The position numbers were made by a program, and so were the translations under genes. Shown here one piece after another: positions 37,992 through 42,475 of a stretch of 42,475 bases of DNA. Location of the stretch: contig JBMOHI010000001.1 of the NCBI GenBank assembly GCA_049317925.1, positions 1 through 42,475 of the forward strand, read 5' to 3'. Below the pieces are notes generated by a model. The model had not been told where the DNA came from and ran no database searches. It saw nothing but the letters and a program-made list of their open reading frames with translations. The DNA is from Terrimicrobiaceae bacterium (GTDB lineage Bacteria; Verrucomicrobiota; Verrucomicrobiia; Chthoniobacterales; Terrimicrobiaceae). Position 1 is the stretch's first letter. The number at the start of each line of letters is the position of its first letter.

Positions 37992-40720
37992 TGGCTTTTG
38001 CTGACGAGAGCTCCGAGGACGTTTTTTCATCGGGCGGCGGGCAGCCGGCCTTTGATGTCAAAAAACTCCTGGAGACGCTGCGGAAGTTCTACTGGATTTT
38101 CGCGTTAACCGCGGCCTTGGGGCTCGGGCTTTCCTACCTGTATCTCAAGACGACCAAGCCGCTGTATAGTTCGACGGCGGAGATCAAGATCGAGCGCCGC
38201 TCGACCACGCAGTCGGTCTCGATGACCGGCGGGGCCATGGCCTACGAGGGGGCCACGACGCCGGAGGATCTCAAGACGATCGAGCAGAGTTTCATCAGCC
38301 CGATGTTGATGCGGCGGGTGATTGCCAAACTGGATCTGACCAAGGTTGATAACTTTGTGGGGAGCGGACGTCCCGCCGCGGGTGTTTCGGAAGGTGAACT
38401 CGTCGGCTACCTCATGGGCAACAGCAAGGTGGCACTGGTTCCGGATACGCGGCTGATCCAGATCTCGTTTCAAAGCTGGGACCCTGCGCAGGCGGAACTG
38501 GTGGCCAATGCCATCGTGGAGGAAGGCATTGCCTACGACCGGGAGCAACGCATTGAGGCGGTCAGCGTCAACGTGAAGTATCTCCAGAGCGAAGCGGAGA
38601 AGCAGGAATCGAATCTCAAAAAAGCCGAGGAAGTTCTCAACGACTACACAGAGAAATTGGGGATCGTCTCGATCGATGGCGAGTCCAACATCGTGGAAGT
38701 CCAGTTGCGGGATTTGAACTCGCGGCACACCGCGATTAAATCCGAGCGCCTCAAACTCGAAAGTGACTACGAACAGATTGAGGCCTGTCTGAATGAGCCG
38801 GAGAAGCTCCTCGATATCGAGAGCATCCGCAAGGTTCCGGCGGTCGAGCGCCTGTACGCCCGCGCGGGCGAACTGCGCGGGCAGTTGGTCAAACTGGCCC
38901 AGCGGTATCGTCCGGAGAATCCGCTCATGATTCAAACCCAGACGGAACTCCGGGAGGTGGAAACCACCCTCAAACAAGAGATCCTCCAGGCTCCGAAGAG
39001 TATCGAGGTCGCTTTGGCCGCGGTGAAGATGAATGAGGAGAGCATCGCGCGGGCCGAGGAGAAGCAGGAGCAGAAGGTCATCGAGGTGAAAAAGCTGGCC
39101 ATCGACTACAAGGTCTACCAGCGCCAAATCGACGCCTATAAACTTGCCTACGAGGCCACCCTGAAGCGCCTCAACGAGGAAACTTCGCAGGCCCGGAGTC
39201 AACCGGTGCTTCTCCAGATGGTGGATCCGGCCGGCCCCGGCTTCCAGATCAGTGTGAAGCCGGCCCGGGTCTTGATCACCGGACTCGTGGGCGGACTGAT
39301 GCTGGGGGCGGGTTTGATCGTATTGATCATGCAATTGGACTCGAGCATCAAGTCCGTCGAGGATGCCGAATCCGCGTTCCGACTGTCGGTGCTGGCGGCA
39401 GTGCCCGAGTATGCGCCTCCTTCGCAGGAGGAGGAAGCGGCCGAGCCGAATTTTTTAAAGAGATGGATTGATGCCGGTCTGCCGACGCTGAGGCGCGGGA
39501 TCGAAGCGGCCCGCACGCGGGGTCGCAGTGAAGGGATCCTGGCTCTGCCGGATCTCGCCCATAGCCCCGTCATTAACGACAAATACTCCCACGCCGCAGA
39601 GGCGTTCCGCACGCTCCGGGCCTCCATCCAAATGATGGAAACCAATGCGCGGAGCAATCTGGTTCTGGTCACCAGCCCGATGCCGGGTGAGGGAAAATCC
39701 TTCTGCGCTTTGAATCTCGCTGTGGCCATAGCCAATAGCGGTCAGCGCACGCTGCTGGTCGATGCGCAATTGCGCAAGCCGGTGATCGAAGAGCGGGTCT
39801 TTGGAACGAAGGACCATCGGGGCCTGGCCGATTACCTGCAGGGCGATGTGGCCTTTTCGAGCATCATTCGCGCCACCCCGGTTCCCAATCTGGATGTCGT
39901 CACGGCGGGGACTCCGTATTCGCTTCCGGCGGAGATTCTCTCCCGGCAGCGCTTCCAGGAGTTTCTGGCCGAAGCTCAGCCCAATTACGATCGGGTGATT
40001 TTTGATTCGGCTTCCATCACCCCGGTCAGCGACACGTTGTCCTTCGCCCGCTTCTTTCACGTTGTGTGCCTGGTGCTGCGGGCCAGCAGAACCCCGCGGC
40101 GGACAGTGAACCGGGCGGTGGAGTTGTTGAGCCGGGCGGGAGCAAAGCCGTTCGGGTTGGTCATGAATTTTGTTCCCTTGAAATACGAGCCGGTCCATGA
40201 CCCGGCGGATCTTCCGAGACTCCTCGCGGCGGAGCAGCAGGGGAGCCTGGACTTCCCCAAGACCTGCTCATCCTGCGGAAAGGTTTACGAGAATTTCGAG
40301 GATTTCATCAAAAACACGCTGGCCCCGGCCGGAGGAGGCGGGGAGCAGGCAGACCCCGGGCGCGGTATCCGGGTGACGCGGATCTGCGAGTGCGGCTCTC
40401 CTGTGGTGGTTTCCTCGGAGTTCCGCCGCGACACCTCCGAGAGCGGATTGCGCCGCCGGTATCTTTTTGGCGAATTGCACGACCGTCTGGTCGAGGCGGG
40501 AATTCCGCGCGAGGAAGCGCGGGCCAAGCTCCTGCTCACCTTGAAGGTCTGGCGCAACGAAATCTTCACGGAGAATGCCCTCGACGAATCTGAGGCCGGG
40601 GTGCACCGCCGCAATCTTTTTGCGGAGATTTTGGAGTTGTTGGTCAAGTCGGGGCTCCCACGGGAAGAGGCGCGGGCCAAGCTTCTGCAAACGATCCAAA
40701 TCTGGCGCGACGCACCGTGA
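37991..40720 (+). CDS. Fused polysaccharide co-polymerase (Wzz/chain-length) and BY-kinase-like P-loop ATPase with a novel C-terminal Cys-rich, tandem-repeat tail
   Basis: The ORF track starts at TTG 37988. ATG 37991 overlaps the upstream TGA. TM1 FYWIFALTAALGLGLSYLYL, long coiled periplasmic region, TM2 LITGLVGGLMLGAGLIVLIM. Walker A SPMPGEGKSF, Walker A' LLVDAQLRKP, Walker B VIFDSAS. The 174-aa tail (40196-40717) has CSSC...CEC and two REEARAKLL repeats. Confidence 0.9.
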   Translation: MAFADESSEDVFSSGGGQPAFDVKKLLETLRKFYWIFALTAALGLGLSYLYLKTTKPLYSSTAEIKIERRSTTQSVSMTGGAMAYEGATTPEDLKTIEQSFISPMLMRRVIAKLDLTKVDNFVGSGRPAAGVSEGELVGYLMGNSKVALVPDTRLIQISFQSWDPAQAELVANAIVEEGIAYDREQRIEAVSVNVKYLQSEAEKQESNLKKAEEVLNDYTEKLGIVSIDGESNIVEVQLRDLNSRHTAIKSERLKLESDYEQIEACLNEPEKLLDIESIRKVPAVERLYARAGELRGQLVKLAQRYRPENPLMIQTQTELREVETTLKQEILQAPKSIEVALAAVKMNEESIARAEEKQEQKVIEVKKLAIDYKVYQRQIDAYKLAYEATLKRLNEETSQARSQPVLLQMVDPAGPGFQISVKPARVLITGLVGGLMLGAGLIVLIMQLDSSIKSVEDAESAFRLSVLAAVPEYAPPSQEEEAAEPNFLKRWIDAGLPTLRRGIEAARTRGRSEGILALPDLAHSPVINDKYSHAAEAFRTLRASIQMMETNARSNLVLVTSPMPGEGKSFCALNLAVAIANSGQRTLLVDAQLRKPVIEERVFGTKDHRGLADYLQGDVAFSSIIRATPVPNLDVVTAGTPYSLPAEILSRQRFQEFLAEAQPNYDRVIFDSASITPVSDTLSFARFFHVVCLVLRASRTPRRTVNRAVELLSRAGAKPFGLVMNFVPLKYEPVHDPADLPRLLAAEQQGSLDFPKTCSSCGKVYENFEDFIKNTLAPAGGGGEQADPGRGIRVTRICECGSPVVVSSEFRRDTSESGLRRRYLFGELHDRLVEAGIPREEARAKLLLTLKVWRNEIFTENALDESEAGVHRRNLFAEILELLVKSGLPREEARAKLLQTIQIWRDAP
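40454..40717 (+). repeat. Intragenic tandem duplication (period 153 nt, 51 aa) in the kinase tail
   Basis: RRYLFGELHDRLVEAGIPREEARAKLLLTLKVWRNEI versus RRNLFAEILELLVKSGLPREEARAKLLQTIQIWRDAP, 21 of 37 identical by eye. The DNA similarity is also visible (GAGGAAGCGCGGGCCAAGCT versus GAAGAGGCGCGGGCCAAGCT). Confidence 0.8.
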
Positions 40721-42333
40721 CGCGCCGGCGGTCCTTCCTCCTGGGGTCGGGACATCGCGGCGGGTTGGCCCTGGCAGTTCTGGTGTCATTTTCAAGTTTC
40801 TCTGTCGCCCAGACGCCACCGAAAAAGCCCCCGCAAAAGCCCGTCCTGCTGCCGCAGCCGTTTCAGCCCAATATCTCCAACACGGAGAACACCACCTCGA
40901 GCGGGGACAACCCGAACGTTTTTTCGCCCTGGTATAACGTGATCGATGATCTGTCTCTGCCCGACGATTTCGATCCGCTGCAGGCGGCGGCCGCGGCGGC
41001 AGTGGGCCAGGCGGAGGCGGCGGCCGATGCCATGTCGGAGCCGACGGAGTTCGCCCCCGCCGTTCCGTTGTCCGACCTGCCGATCGACGATTCCGGCGGG
41101 GCCTTTCTGGCTTATCCGAGCGGGGTGGCCTTCAACTCGGATTCGCTCTTGTTAAGTCCCGGGGGAACGGGTTTCGCAATTCTGAGCAAGGAAGCCGCCC
41201 TGCCTTACGGAGAATCCAGCTATCCGGTCGCGTATTCCCCCCGCGCGATACCGATCTTCAAGCGGGTGCGGGAGTTGACGCGGGTCGGGCCTTTCCGGGT
41301 GGGGGTGGATGTGACGGCCGGAGTTGCTCACAACAACAACGTTTTCGGCGACACCACGAATCCCCAGAGCGATGAGATCTACAGTTTTCTGCCGGCGGTG
41401 TTTCTGGAAGCCGGGACCCGCGGGAAACTCTACCTGCTTTACGCGCCAACCTATCTGAGTTTTGCCAAATACAAGGAACTGAGCACGACCAATCAGGCCC
41501 TGTTTTTTCAGCTCCGCTATCCGTTCACTAAACTGAAAATCGGCATCGACCTCTCCTACCTCGGCCAAAGCGGGCTATTTGTAACCAGCGACGAGGGATT
41601 CGTCAAACAGACCACTCTTCTCGCCCGGATCTTCGGGGAATACCGGCTGAGCGGAAAATCCATTCTGTCCTTTTCCGCGGAGAGCATCAAACAGGAGTCC
41701 AGCCCCGGCGACACGCAAACCGAGAATTCCGCCGGTCTTCGGTTGATTTACCAACTGACCCATGAAGCCCAGGTGGGCGTTGGCGTCAGGGCCGGCCAGG
41801 TATTCACTCCGGCGGAGAACCAGAACTATCAGTCCGGGCAATTTTTCGTCAGCTACCGGCCGACGGTGGCACTCCAGTTCGCGGCGGAAGCCGGCCTGGA
41901 ACTGCGACGCTTGTCCCTGACCTCATCCGGCCAGAGCGAACTGCCCATCACGATCTTCAATTTCCAGGTCAACTACAATCCGACCTCAACCACGCTGTTC
42001 AACCTGAGCTTCTACCGGAACGCCCTCAATACCACCTTCAATAATGTCAGCCTGAATATAACCACCGGGTTGACGACTTCGGTGTTGCTCCAGTTGTTTG
42101 GAAAACTTAATGTCCGGCTGGAAATGGGGGTAGGATACACCGAGCAATACGCTGACGAACAAGGCAATGACGGGAGCTTCTCCTTTTTACAGGGAGGAAT
42201 CACGGTTTCCTACCCGCTAGTGAAAAACCTCGAGATTCAGGCTTTCGACAGCCTGCAGCAACGTTTTGGCAACACGATCGGCAATGACTACGTAAGTAAT
42301 ACGATCGGAGTGGCCCTGACTGTGAAATTCTAG
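40717..42333 (+). CDS. Predicted outer-membrane beta-barrel protein of the PEP-CTERM/EPS locus
   Basis: 538 aa. GTG start overlaps the upstream stop (GTGA). Signal-like GLALAVLVSFSSFSVAQ, a Pro/Ala-rich linker, then alternating amphipathic strands ending in the OMP-type terminal ...GVALTVKF. Confidence 0.7.
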   Translation: MTRRRSFLLGSGHRGGLALAVLVSFSSFSVAQTPPKKPPQKPVLLPQPFQPNISNTENTTSSGDNPNVFSPWYNVIDDLSLPDDFDPLQAAAAAAVGQAEAAADAMSEPTEFAPAVPLSDLPIDDSGGAFLAYPSGVAFNSDSLLLSPGGTGFAILSKEAALPYGESSYPVAYSPRAIPIFKRVRELTRVGPFRVGVDVTAGVAHNNNVFGDTTNPQSDEIYSFLPAVFLEAGTRGKLYLLYAPTYLSFAKYKELSTTNQALFFQLRYPFTKLKIGIDLSYLGQSGLFVTSDEGFVKQTTLLARIFGEYRLSGKSILSFSAESIKQESSPGDTQTENSAGLRLIYQLTHEAQVGVGVRAGQVFTPAENQNYQSGQFFVSYRPTVALQFAAEAGLELRRLSLTSSGQSELPITIFNFQVNYNPTSTTLFNLSFYRNALNTTFNNVSLNITTGLTTSVLLQLFGKLNVRLEMGVGYTEQYADEQGNDGSFSFLQGGITVSYPLVKNLEIQAFDSLQQRFGNTIGNDYVSNTIGVALTVKF

Positions 42334-42418
42334 ATGGCTCCGGCCTCTCACAAGTCTTGCCGTCAGGCGGACCGCATGGTTCCTAAACGGGCTGCAACAG
42401 GTTGTAATTAGAGATTTT

Positions 42419-42475
42419 ATGTTTCAACATCGCGAACTGGGCCTGATTCAAGGCTACCAAATCGGGGCCACTTTA
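42419..42475 (+). CDS. Start of an unidentified CDS truncated by the window edge
   Basis: ATG at 42419, reading MFQHRELGLIQGYQIGATL. Same strand as the EPS genes. Too short to classify. Confidence 0.2.
   Translation, partial: MFQHRELGLIQGYQIGATL

Overview
High-GC (about 60%) bacterial chromosomal window with dense coding on both strands. PEP-CTERM sorting signals and PEP-CTERM-type EPS export genes suggest a Verrucomicrobiota-like organism; this is inference only. Most of the window is housekeeping: a sugar cluster (partial oxidoreductase, class I aldolase, araBAD), fatty acid desaturase, glgP, tlyA-nadK-EIIA(Ntr)-like, an orphan ABC ATPase, rodA-like, murA, prmC, leuCD, tRNA-Val, kup, tkt and cysH. 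I saw no CRISPR array, rRNA, prophage or classical defence island. The non-routine content is as follows. (1) A secreted PEP-CTERM protein carries both pepsin-type Asp motifs. (2) A REP-like hairpin family has four exact 24-nt copies and compensatory stem variants, and it surrounds a RAYT-type (IS200-like) transposase gene interrupted by an in-frame TGA. (3) A second palindromic repeat of about 75 nt occurs at two loci, and heptad-periodic intergenic motifs occur at others. (4) A same-strand signalling block runs DHp-only kinase paralog (phospho-His replaced by Gln, no ATPase domain), HisKA_3 kinase, LuxR regulator, then a large PAS hybrid kinase. (5) A Deg/Nma111-like serine protease is translationally coupled to a paralog with all three catalytic residues replaced. 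(6) An EPS export locus encodes a Wzz/BY-kinase fusion that ends in a Cys-rich segment plus a tandem 51-aa repeat instead of a Tyr cluster. All functional calls come from reading the translations by eye. No database search was run.
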